Source: Antedon mediterranea (Eukaryota > Animalia > Echinodermata). From it: 64,000 nucleotides of DNA. The DNA lies in assembly GCF_964355755.1 (NCBI RefSeq), contig NC_092672.1, forward strand, positions 33,548,437 through 33,612,436, in the 5' to 3' direction. Shown in pieces: positions 1 through 13,000 of the stretch (its first letter is position 1; each line of letters begins with the position of its first letter). The notes beneath the pieces were generated by a model, which was not told the origin of the DNA, did not search any database, and saw nothing but the letters and a program-made list of their open reading frames with translations. The position numbers and the translations under genes are program-made.

Positions 1-216
1 ATTTTTATAGATTTATTGCTTTGCTTATTTAAGTTTACTTAAGTTGTATACTGAAGAAGTTTATTATTTATGTCATGTTGGTATTTCTGAACGTTGTGAT
101 AAAGCTACGGTATTCAAACAATATTCAGTGACAACAGTGCATAAAGACTTTGTTAAGAAAATAATAATATAGCTGGCCTAGCATGATGGTCAATCAAAGC
201 TTTTATACATTTTCAG

Positions 217-3200
217 GGACGAATTACTACTTGTTTGCTGGTGTCTTCGTTTGCGGCAGCCATCGGTACATCTGTAGTCCTGGGCTACAACTTAAGTGCG
301 ATGACCGGACCTTCTGCTGTATGTTTGAAATATTATTATTTTATGTTGTAATAGAAGAAATACCCGGCCTGAGCGGGTTCTCCTCCTCACCAAAGTATTA
401 AAAAAAAACTTCCAGTACAAGCTTGATAACCACATTATCCTATTGTTTTAAGTAAAAAAAAAACATTTCAGTCACAACGAGTTATTTAAATCAATCGTTC
501 CATTTTTTGTACATTTCTTTTGAAACATATGCATTTTTGTTTTCTGAATTTGTGTATTTAGTTTCAACTATCTCTCTTTCTTTAAAGGACAACTTACACA
601 GACAAGCGATAACGGTAAGCGGAACACCGCGTAGTTTGTCCCACATATAGAATCGTATCCAGTCTGAGCGGACACCACTCGACTGCTCCGTCATGTTGTG
701 TAATGGTCATGAGGAACATTTTATTACCGTTACCACTCGTCCGTGTCAATTGGCCTTTATTCCCTTTTCTCCTGTTTACAGTTTATTATTATTTTCATTA
801 CACTAACAAATATGATATCAGTTTGATCATGTGTATATTTTCGCCTACAGTTTATACAGACATTCTATAACCAGTCTCACTTTGACCAATATGGAGAATA
901 TATTTTTGAGAATCAAATCCTGTTGCTTTGGGCCATTACTATTACCATAATCAGCGTAGGAGGATCCGTTGGAGCACTTTTAGCAACTCCCATTTCTAAT
1001 GCTATTGGAAGGTAATTTGAGGTGGTTCGGTCTAGAGGCGGAGTAGCTTTGTTGTTGTTCATTTTCTTCATTATTCCATCGCGTCTTTAACATTTCCATT
1101 TTCACAGCGCACCACGCGATTACAAAACTGTCCAGTCAATAAAATACATATGAGCATGCGCAGAATGAGATAGGTACAAAGGTAACGCGTACAAAACTAT
1201 TGAACATCGTATTACATCACACACTGTATACTGTACTAACATCGTATTAACGTCACATAATTGTATACTCGTATCACTATTACGTAACACATTGTATACT
1301 AACATCATACCTCGTCACACATTGTATACCAATATCGTATTGCCTCGCATATTGATACTATTTTTGTATCGTGTTGTATAATATCGTATTACGTCACACA
1401 TTATATATTATATCATATTACGTCACACATTGTATATTATATCGTATTGCGTCACACATTGTATATTATATCGTATTGCGTCACACATTGTATAACTATA
1501 TCGTATTACGTCACACATTGTATAACTATATCGTATTACGTCACACAATGCAGTTCTGTTTCTTTTCTGTAGACGAAGTGCGATACTTGTGACGTGTGTT
1601 GTATCCATTATTGCATCCATTTTTATGGGCATCAGTCAGCGTGTAAATATTTACCAACTCGTTTTTGTAGGTCGATTTATTATTGGTATCTCGTCAGGTA
1701 ATATATTATATTCCTCGATTATTATACAAATATTGACTGCTTAGAGGTTTATTATACTATTTGCGGTCCTCTGAGGCAACTGTATTGCAATTATGATGTA
1801 ATTGATGACTAAATAAATGTTGAATAAAAAAAACACTATGCAATTATAATAAAATATTTACTGAACTACTCCACAAGAGAATACAATCACATAAAATAGA
1901 ACCTATATTTGTAGATATTATGTAGAAATACGTTTTAACGCTACGGCCAACTCTCTATGAGTTCTAGTGTAATTTATCTTGTTTTATTAGTACCTTATTT
2001 TTGTAATGTTTTGTTTTTGAGTTCGTGTTGTGTCCGTTGGATATTATGCTCAGCCAACAGAGCAAACAGAATGTCTATGTTTTTTCTTAAAACAAATGAT
2101 AATAAATGATACTTTACTTGACTTGACTTGACTTATTTCATATCGTATCTATATTCGTACAGGTTGCTACATCGTATACATAATAATGTTTACACTTATT
2201 AATAGGGGTTTCGTCAGTAGCGACGCCAGTTTACTTGGCTGAAATCTCGCCTGTTCGTTATCGTGGAGCCTTCGGCTCTATCCACCAATTGGGAGTGTCA
2301 CTTGGTATATTTTCAGCGCAGGTAAAAGTTTATATAAACATACATAGCCTACATATCATATTAATACAAAATATTACTTCAATTCTCGAAAAATATATGG
2401 TTAATTTGACAGCAGCTAAACTAAAATCTGAAATAGACAGCTTATGAATGTTATGTTAGCGCTCTTCCGTTTGGTATATCCTGGTCCGCCTCTGATGTAA
2501 TTTAAATGAGTGCTTTTTGATAAATAAAAAATAATGTTGATAACATAAATATTACTACACATTTTGTAGATTTTAGGATTGTATCCTCTTTACACTCAAG
2601 AGCTGTGGCCTGTGTTACTTGCATTGAACGGTGTCCTAAGTTTGATCGGATGTACTGTGCTACTCTTTTGTTCGGAAAGTCCTAGATGGAATCTCATCAC
2701 ATCTAATTCAAGTGGGCCTACTCAAAAAGAGGAAGGTAACCCCTAAAAGTGTATTATCCTGTGCCATGAATTATACATTCACTTTAGAGGATAAAGAAAC
2801 TCTAGCTACAAAAACACGCAGACATAATACCTCTATGGTGGAGAGAGGTGTTCTGTGGTGGAGACGTTTGCTGCCTGCAGGCATAATATAAAGAGTTTAT
2901 CGTTGCTAGACATGACACCGTAAATAACAGGGCATAACCCCCACCCCATCCTTTAAATCGGCACTCATTTGATTAATAGGTATGTCCAGCTTATTATGTA
3001 TTCAATAATTTTTTTTAACAGAATCCGAAAGTCTACTTGAATATGATGTCATAAGATATAACAAAGCAGTGAACTGTAAGTAGAGCTTAGTTTCCGTAAC
3101 GACTTGACCAATTACAAGCGACTGAATAATCTATAGCCTGTGATTTGTCACAAAAAAAACTACAAATGTATCTTTTAGCCAAACTACACTCTATCCTAAA

Positions 3201-6200
3201 AAATCTTTAAAAAATTGACCACAAGCAGCACATCTTGCATACATGGCGTGTCATAACTATAATTGATCTGGAATAAATACCAAACCAACCCACTGCCTGG
3301 TGGCGCTACGTAAAGGGAAACAAGTCTTAATCATCTTCCAATGACTCAAAATACTTACCCGAACTTAGATGTTTTGTTCTAATATATTTTCTTTAAAAAA
3401 TTGAAATGTTTTGACTCTAAATAGAACAAAACACTTTAAATAATTGACTCTTGATAGCTTTGAAGCGTCTTCGAGGTACAGATGACGTCGATGATGAAAT
3501 CCAAGAGATGCTGTACGAACATCGACAAGAAGCGACCTCTAACAGTTCTTCAGTCGGTGTACTGGATATACTTAGATTAAAAGATCCGATGTGGAAATGG
3601 CCGCTGATCATTTCAATTCTTCTCTATTCAAGTCAACAACTTGGAGGAATAAGTGTCGTAAGTATTAAATACTGTCAGAGCCATATATAGAGAGAGTTTC
3701 GACATTGCGTTCACAGATTTTCGAAAGTCACGTGGAGCTCACACCGGCCATCTTTGTGTCCAACTATGCTTATATAGCATATGGAGTTGAGTCATTTGCT
3801 TAAAAAATGTATAACATTCACAAAGCTTTAAATATCGAATTTAATATCAAAACAATCAATTTGTTTAAAGGTTTTTGTTAAAGATGTATTGTTCCTTGAA
3901 ACGCAAAAAATGAAAAAAAAAAATATTCTAAATTTAAATTGGTCATAACAAAGTAATATTAAAGTTATTCACTTTAAGTCAAAAATTCGAGCCAAAAACA
4001 ACAAGTTAATTTGATTACATTTCGTCTCGAAAATCGTCACGAGTGAAAGTAAACAAAGATTTCAAACCATTAGTATGCATTATGCATGATGCTAATTAGG
4101 ATTGTTTACAACTCTTCGTGGTTGAGAAGGTGTTTTCACACAGATCGTGAAGAAGTTTTATGATTATGCATACAGAGTAGCCAAACAAGCGCGTTGCATT
4201 ATGAGATATGTTTTGATCGAAATCTTTGAATAGAAGTCAAAGTTATTTTTTGAACAAAAAAACGTCTGTATTTCGGTTAAATAATTTTTTTAGACTAATT
4301 TTTGGTGAAAGTTAATAACTATTATGATACTTCAAAATGACCCAGTAACTTTATAATTATTTTTGTTAAAGCCTTTTGAACGTTATACATTTTCAAAACA
4401 AAAGACTCAACTCCATACGCTACATAGGAATAGTTGGACACAAACACGGCTTCTAATCCATTCAATGTCGAAACTCTCTCTATGGCTCTGAATACTGTGT
4501 ATATACACTGCCCTCTACGGACTATGTAGTAACGTTAGACTTCAATCTCTTGTAGGTGTTGTTTTACACAACTGAACTATTTTCAGAGGCAAATTTAAGT
4601 GAAGATGTTATCAAGCTTGCAACTTGTGGTATTGGCCTTGTGACCATTGTAATGGATACCATAACGGTAGGTTCTCTTACAATTTCTTCATAGGCCTAAT
4701 TTGTAAATTTAAACATATTCAAGCATTGTTTACAATACATTCCAATATGTGTGTTATGGTATATAGTCTATTTTTGTGCTAATCAGCAAATGTTATTTTT
4801 TTTTATGTAGTGCGACCAGAAAGTAGTTTTTTTCGATTTTAATATAGTTAACGACACGCCGTTTATGCCAAAAACTATTTATTTCGGAGAATAGCTTCAT
4901 AGACTAATTGTTGGCATAAACGGCGTGTCGTACTACCATTGTAGTGTAATAAACATTCTACCTTTTATTTATTTAATTAATTGTTGTACTGTAACCAATG
5001 TAGGTCTAATGTTTTTCTTTTTTGTAAATGGTGGTCTCTGCTTAAAGTCTATTTTTAGACTTATTTTGAACACCATCCATATTTATACTTAATTAATTAT
5101 TTATAAAGAAATATACCACGCAGATTCACTAAAAGGCCTATATTATGTATTATTTGTAGAAATCAACTAAAAAAAAACAACAATTAAAGTAATTCAATTC
5201 AACTTTAATTTTGTTCTTTTGTCCATATAATACATTATAATACATATAAATATTTTCTTCTGTCAGATATTCCTTGTTGACAAACTTGGCAGACGATTTT
5301 TCTTGATGTCTGCATATTCACTTATGGCGGTAGCAACAGCCTTTCTAACCGTGACTCTAACAGCAAATGTAAGCTTTTTTTTTAACTAATTATTAAATGA
5401 TACACTACCCTGTTCATGTGTTGATTCAAACAATATATAGTAAATGTTAACACAATTATACCTGCCTTATAGCCTGATAAATATGTATCAATACACTACA
5501 GATGTACATCTTTCATTTGTGGTACCTAGAATCCAATGTACTATTCGCGGTGAATATCATTTGCATTTTGATGGATACATAAATTGTTCAACCTTTTAAT
5601 TAAATTGTATTTTGCCTCTAATTCTTCAACAACCACAGGGTGAAGTTTGGTCAGTTCTATCTATTGTTGCTGTATATATGTTCCTTTGTGGTTTTTCACC
5701 AGGACCAGGTAAAAATAATAGTACTAATTAAACAAGGCCATATACATGGCTGCAGTCGCGTGCTCAAATTTGAGTTAGTTTTTTCCGACCAACGGACATA
5801 GTGAGCTGTAGAGTTTGCGCGACTAAAAATGTTGATAACTGAGTTAAATTTCAAATATTTCAATATGCTGTAGGCATTTGTTTTGCGTTTTTCATGATCC
5901 TTTATCATTATTTACTATTGATTATTTAACGTATTTACTGACTTGCGATAGTCGGTTAGACTCTATCTACTGACAGCTGCAGAATCAAGTGATTTCATTA
6001 AATGAGTGGCTTGGTTTAACATTTAGGAGCCATGACAATGGTGATTGTGCCGGAGATTTGGACACAAGGCCCACGTGCCGCGGCTATTACTATTGCTCTT
6101 CAATTTAACTGGTGGTCTAACTGCATAATAGGAATTGCATTTCCATATATGTTGGTAAGAAGATAGAATTGACCTTAATGGTTTTTGTTGCAGTATAAGT

Positions 6201-7206
6201 TTTTTTTTTTCTTTCGTGAATTTTTATTTATTATGCCATTCCATGACAAAGATAATATACAAAGATTAAATAAACAAGAAATATTTCTTACAAAAAACGC
6301 TGCTCGCTTATTGACAAATATTTGTTATTTCAAATTTGAATGTGTCATTTTATTGTCACATAATAATTATTCTACCTGAAAAAATGTAATTAAATACTTA
6401 AATTGACAATGTTTTTTGGGTTTCTTTTCTCTTTTTATGTGAATAAATATTATTTTGTTGTTACAGAAGTTAATACTCAATTTCTGTCACTTTTTAGTTA
6501 ATTTTATTGCTAAGGTCAATTCTGGGGGTCACTTCATCACCCTAGATATTTCAAGTGTGAAGTATTCTATTACAAACACAAACTTTAATGGACTGTTTTG
6601 ATAATAATTAAATGAATATCTGACAGTGAATTACAGTCAAAAGTCAGTATTATAGTCAAATGAGATAAATACCAGAAATGCTTTGGGATGTGTAATTTTA
6701 GCCAAATAGAATTTTTCCAAGACGTTTTTCTGGGTCTAGTAGGGAATCTATAAATTATAGTGGAGTTTCCATTTTCGCAAAACTGTCGTCCTTAGATAAT
6801 ATTACTGCTGCTTGCTTTAGCTTATGATTGAGTAGACCTAGTGGGACGTAGCGGGCTAGAGCAGCAGCGTGAAAAAAAAACAAGTATAACAAATTTTCCA
6901 AAACTATTTCCAACGACGCTCTCTCTCTCTCCCTCTCTCTCTCCCCATACGCATATTAATGGTATTCGACGGCGCTGTTTTGTGCAATTTTGTTTTATAT
7001 GTTACTAATTTTCACAATTTTCCTTTTATTTTCAGACCGATCTAGGGGGATATTCTTTTCTGCTCTTTTCAGCTTTTTTAGTGATACTTGTTATATTCTT
7101 TTACTTCTGTGTACCTGAAACAAAACAGAAACCATTTGCAGAGATTTATTCACATTTCAAAAATAATACGTCACATCATGGTAATCATTTCGAAATGTCG
7201 AATTGA
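217..7206 (+). CDS. SLC2A: SLC2A/GLUT-family facilitated sugar transporter, tandem copy A (5' coding exon lies upstream of window)
   Basis: Spliced exons, all AG/GT bounded and in frame: 217-318, 851-1011, 1573-1697, 2206-2321, 2570-2735, 3022-3075, 3458-3657, 4556-4666, 5267-5368, 5639-5708, 6027-6154, 7036-7206 (TGA). Sugar-porter motifs: GYN (TM1), exofacial N-glycan site [58 protein letters not shown]. Confidence 0.93.
1205..1548. repeat. Intronic minisatellite (~28-31 bp, TATCGTATTACGTCACACATTGTATAACTA)
   Basis: About 11 degenerate units just before exon 1573; homologous array at ~11398-11716 in copy B. Confidence 0.9.
3676..4490. mobile_element. hAT-like MITE in a copy A intron, containing a nested Kolobok-like fragment
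   Basis: TIR CAGAGCCATA..TAGAGAGAGTTTCGACATTG / CAATGTCGAAACTCTCTCTATGGCTCTG; 8-bp TSD AATACTGT (3668-3675, 4491-4498). The matching intron in copy B is only 81 bp (empty site). Confidence 0.9.
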
Positions 7207-7699
7207 TGACCTATGACGTCATAGCACGCGTGAATTTCTGAATATAATTAGTTTGTTTCATTACCATTAACTGATCATCGCGAGTAACTCGCGAATCAAT
7301 GGAAACATCGTCTATCGTATTGTATAAAGCTTGATTCCAACTATGACGCAATGCAAGAGCACAAGCGCAACAAAAGTAATTTGATAAGTTATACAAACTT
7401 TCGATTGTCCTTGGTCAATTGAATTGCTTTAACCAAGTGAATTTGACACTTGACCAGATGATTAGTTCATATTTGTTGGTGCTGCGTTGAGTATTAAAAC
7501 TGACATTTTTAAAGTTTGGTTCCCACTAGGAGCAACGTGTCGACGCAAAGTGCCGTAAGAAAATATAACGGTGCGTGTCACACGTCAAACAGACGCAACG
7601 ATTTTAATGGTCTACGGAATTCAAATTACGTAACAACGTAAACGAACCGGGCGTCCTGGTGGGAACCACCCCATGGTATGGAATAATAGAATAGACAAT

Positions 7700-7921
7700 A
7701 AAGCGTGGTTCCCAATAGAACGCAACGCAACGTAACGCAACGACGTATCGACGCAAAGTGACGTATTGCGTAATCACAAGTGAGAACCGACGATGCAACA
7801 GTGCTGCAAATATCGCAGGTTTATTTTCACGCAGGCGGGGGTAAACACAACTATTGGAAGAGCATTTGTTTACGTTGCGTAGATTGCGTTACGTTGCGTC
7901 GCTAGTGGGAACCACGCTTTA
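7700..7921. mobile_element. Abundant ~200-bp palindromic MITE family (AAGC(G/T)TGGTTCCCACTAG...CTAGTGGGAACCA)
   Basis: Copies at about 7700-7921, 13335-13495, 26997-27205, 30109-30291, 40183-40395, 40777-40952, 42073-42304 and 57868-58364 (split), with ACGCA/TGCGT subterminal repeats and TA/TWA flanks. Confidence 0.8.
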
Positions 7922-8029
7922 GGGTAATTATGATTTGAGTAGTAGTTATTTTGATGTGATTGTATCAACATTAAAGAATTGATTTAATAACGCTAATTCA
8001 TGATATAAAGTTTGCGGTACACAACATAG

Positions 8030-8345
8030 TGAGTGAGTGGCCGAGCGGTTAAGACAGTGGAACCGTAATTACGTAGCCATAACATCGGCATGGGTTCGAG
8101 GCTCACTCACTCCATGGTTCTGGTGGTAGAACGAGTCTTCTCGGATAAGGACTATAAACCGTAGGTCCAGTGTACACATCTAGCTCGTGTGCACTTTAAA
8201 GAACCTAGTACATCTTTCGAGACGAGTAGGGGGTTACCCCGGTGTGTTAGTACATCACAGCCACTGATCACCAACTGGGCCCTCTGGGAGACCAGTCTTT
8301 GACTGAAGAGGTTACCCAGTATAAATATATATTTCAATCAATCAA
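8030..8345 (+). mobile_element. tRNA-derived SINE with Deu/Nin-like central domain
   Basis: A box TGGCCGAGCGG, B box GGTTCGAGGC; central TCGGATAAGGACTATAAACCGTAGGTCC...GAGTAGGGGGTTACCCCGGTGT resembles the DeuSINE/AmnSINE1 core; (TCAA)n tail. Absent from the paralogous flank at ~17100. Degraded copy at ~23057-23232. Confidence 0.75.
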
Positions 8346-8608
8346 TAGTTCTGGAATGAACTGTTGAGTTTCTTGATGTTTCGATCAATATGCTTTGATC
8401 TTAACCGGGAGTGAGAATAATATATCAATTATCTTGAATGTTGTGTATAAAGATTTAAATCTTTATTGTCTCTGCATACGATTTTGGTAATGATTTTCCT
8501 GGTCCAGTGTAATACTGCATAGTAACGCCAGCACAGAAAATCTATACATACCAGCTTACCATGGTGATTAAAAGTTATTTGCTAAGTAAAATACAATCAC
8601 AAGATTGA

Positions 8609-8648
<40 letters not shown>

Positions 8649-10061
8649 GGTTCAACGATTTGAATTTGTTATACTTATACACACAGCAGTGCAATAGATA
8701 AATATACAATTATGAATGATGATTATTATGATTATGAATTATGATTTTAAATAGAGTATCTTTTTTATGATATTTTAATAATCTGCAATACGCCTAGTCT
8801 CTCCTCAACACAATACATTACGTTTTAGTTTTAGTTACGTGTGTTCTTTTATATTTTATATTTTATTTTTTTGTTGTAACAAATTTTGTGTGATTGATGT
8901 ACAGTATAACTCTATATAATTTTGTAATTGTTATGTATGTAGTGTATCAAACGACACATTTCCAATTGTATGTTTTGTGTATGTAATTGGACAATAAAAG
9001 TGTTTTTTGAATTTTAAATTTGGAGATAGGAAATGCGAAGCATCCTTGTACTATTGTGTGCGGGCATTTTTCAAGATGGACATCTATTAGACAGTGTATA
9101 CCACGATCGGGAAACACCCTTATTTGGGGCAAATCGTTGAACCTAAATTCGTTTTAATTGTCAATAACTAATTGTCAATAACTAATCATCAAACTCAATT
9201 TATTTAGTAAACAGTATTACATTAGGTGGTTAAAATCAGTACCAAAAGTACGAACCAACTTTATATACCATCGAGTAAACATTCTAGAAATAATGCGTGA
9301 TTTACAGAATTGTGCCCTTACGTAAATTTATATATAGATAATTGTGTGAGGAGGACACATTAAGCCAAGGCTTTAAGTTTGGTCCTCCAGATAAATAAAT
9401 AAGTATTATTTAATTTAAGTGAGGGGAAAAACACTTCTTTCTTTCGTCTAATTGACGAATAAAGAGGCACAATAAAGAGAAAAAAAAAACCATTCTTGAG
9501 GAAATTGTGAATACTAATGTTCTAAATAGTTTGAAATAAGTATTTGTTTTGTTTTTTTTTTATTTTCGATGAATTTATGATAGGTATTGCTTTTAGATTG
9601 AGTAGTAAGTTATTCCATATGTAAGGTCCATTGGAAATAAATGATGGTATTGATGATGCAATCGAGAACTTTGCTGTACGGTTGAAAACAAAACAATATT
9701 ATAATATTTTATAACCCGCTCATTATAAAAAAAATAGTCCATTTTCTGACGTAATAAATGACACCAGCTTGTCGGCATAGAGAAATAATAGTCTCCGCGT
9801 TAAAAAAAAATAAAAACAATTATAAGCAGTTAATAATTAATAATGATTATTAATATAATTTTGTCAAGCTCGCTTTGAAGATACCGAGTAAATGGTTTAG
9901 AAGTCTCTGCTTTTATAGGATTGTACCAGCAAAGATAATTGACTTAGTAACAAATATTAATGCAAATTATTTAAAGGTATGATGATTTTAAATAGTAGGC
10001 CTGTCGAAGACACACGGACACAATAGTGGGGCTACGTCTACGGCACGTCACTTCATTCAGC

Positions 10062-13000
10062 ATGACCAAATATGGATCAGAAAGCGATAGTTTGGTCTCT
10101 CCGCCACCAGTGTCTGAGGTATAGTGTTGAATCCCCTCCTTTTGGAGTAATTAGTTTTCTCTGTACACTATTACTATAATATTATTTGGGTATATCACCA
10201 CCATATTTGGGTATATCACCACCATATTTGTTTAGAATTTGATAGATTCATTGCTTTGCTTATTTTAGTGTACTTAGGTTGTATACTGATTTAAGTATAT
10301 TATTTAAGTCATGTTGGTATTTCTGAACATTGTGATAAAGCTACAGTATTCAAACAATTCACATTGAAAACAGTGCATGAAGACTTTGTGATAAGAAAAT
10401 ATTAATATAGCTGGCCTAGCATGGTAGTCATGCAAAGCCTTTTATACATTTTCAGGGACGAATTACTACTTGTTTGCTGGTGTCTTCGTTTGCGGCAGCC
10501 ATCGGTACATCTGTAGTCCTGGGCTACAACTTAAGTGCGATGACCGGACCTTCTGCTGTATGTTTGAAATATTATTATTTTATGTTTTAATAGAAAAAAT
10601 ACCCGGCCTGAGTGGGTTCCCCTACTCGCCAAAGTAATGGAAAAAAAACCCTTCAGTACAATTTCGCTTGATAACCCCATTCCATATTTTTTAAGTAAAA
10701 AAAGGCGTAAACATTTCAGTCACTTTGTTTTAACTGTCTCTCAATTTAGGCTACACAGACAAGCGGTAGCGGGAAGCGGAAAACCGCGTAGATTGTTACA
10801 CGTAAAATCGTATCTATCCTAAGCGGAAACCGCCCGTTTGCTCCGCGTTGTGTGTAAATGGTCATAAGGAATAAATAGATTCTATGTTTGTTATTACCGT
10901 TGCCGCTCGTCAGTGTCAATTGGCCTTTATTCCATCTTCTCCTTTAGACAGTTTTCCTTTAAATTGTTTCATTACTCAAACATATATGATATCAGTTTGA
11001 TCATGTGTATATTTTCGTCTACAGTTTATACAGAACTTTTACAACCAGTCTCACTTTGACCAATATGGAGAATATATTTCGGAGAGTCAAATCCTATTGC
11101 TTTGGGCCATTACTATTACCATAATCAGCGTAGGAGGATCAGTTGGAGCACTGTTAGCAACTCCCATTTCTAATGCTATTGGAAGGTAATTAGAGGTGAT
11201 TCGGTCTAGAGGCGGAATAGATATTTATCATAACTAAGATACTTTATTGTTTTTCGTTTTCTACCTTATTCCATCGCATCTTTAACATTTCCGTTTTCAC
11301 AGCGTACCACGCGATTACAAAACTGTCAAAAAACTATATGAGCAAGCGCAGAATGAGATAGGTACAAAGGTAATGCGTACAAAACAACTATATTATTATC
11401 GTATTACATCACACACTGTATACTGTACTAACACCGTATCATGTCACACGTCGTATACCAACAGAGTATTACGTCACACATTGTATACTCGTATCATTAT
11501 TACGTAGCACATTGTATACTAATATCATACTACGTCACATTTTATACTAATATCGTATTGCGTCACACATTGTATAACTATATGGAATTACGTCACACAT
11601 TGTATAACTACTATATCGTATTGCGTCACACATTGTATAACTGTATCGCATTACGTCACACATTGTATAACTATATCATATTACGTCACATATTGTATAA
11701 CTATATGTCACACATTGCAGTTCAGTTTTTCTTTTCTGCAGACGAAGTGCGATACTTGTGACGTGTGTTGTAACCATTATTTCATCCATTTTTATGGGAA
11801 TTAGTCAGCGTGTAAATATTTACCAACTCGTTTTCGTAGGTCGATTTGTTATTGGTATCTCATCAGGTAATATATCAATTATATTATAGATATTGCCTGC
11901 TTAGAGGGTTATTATAACATTTGCGATCCCCTGAGGTAATTATATTATTCTCGAGGATTATGTTCCCGAAGGTATTGGGTGTTTATTTGTTGTAATCCGA
12001 AGACGTCATACCGGTCGGTTATTTTTCATAAACCGTTAATGTTTTCGATCCTCTGAACCGTTTAGTCATAATGTGATTCCATTTCGACCAATCACGTTTT
12101 TGTATTTACATAGACTATGCAATATTATACAGATATTGACTGAACTACTCCTAAAGAGAAATAAAATCACATAAAATGGAACCCATACAGTACTTGTAGA
12201 TACTTATATTGAGGGGACACCTATGTTAAGGGTACAATTTCCTCAGTGAAATGAACAAGAAATTTGTTTCAATGTTACGGTCAACTCTGAGTTCTAGTGT
12301 AATTTATCTTGTTTTATTAGTACCTTATTTTTGTAATGTTTTTTTTTTTTGAGTTCGGAATTTCTATGTTTTTTCTTAAAACAAATGATAATAAATGATA
12401 CTTGACTTGACTTGACTTGACTTATTTCATATCGAATCTATATTTGTACAGGCTACTACATCGTACACATAATAATGTTTACACTTATTAATACACAGGG
12501 GTTTCGTCAGTAGCGACGCCAGTGTACTTGGCTGAAATCTCACCTGTTCGTTATCGTGGAGCCTTCGGCTCTATCCACCAATTGGGAGCATCACTTGGTA
12601 TATTCTCAGCGCAGGTAAATGTTTATAAAACATACATAGCCTACATACTATATTAATACAAAATGTCACGGCTGATTTGACAGCAGCTAGGCCTACTAAA
12701 TTCTGAAGTAGACAGCTTATGAATGTTATGTTAGCGCTCTTTCGTTTAGTATTATCCTGGTCCGCATCTGATGCAGTTTGAATGAGCGCTTTTTAATAAA
12801 TAAAAATAACGTTGATAACATAAATATTAATACACATTTTGTAGATTATAGGATTGTATCCTCTTTACACCCAAGAGCTGTGGCCTGTGTTACTTGCATT
12901 GAACGGTGTCCTGAGTTTGATCGGATGTACTGTGCTACTCTTTTGTCCGGAAAGTCCTAGATGGTATCTCATCACATCCGGTTCCAGTGGGCCTACTGAA

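Noticed and set aside
1205-1548. Possible CRISPR array (regular ~30-bp repeats; also 11398-11716 and 37663-37920)
   Set aside because: Head-to-tail tandem units with no unique spacers, no cas genes and a eukaryotic intronic context; these are minisatellites.
11441-11761. Repetitive ORFs (IVLRHTLYNY)n here and at 1371-1632
   Set aside because: Translations of the intronic minisatellite.
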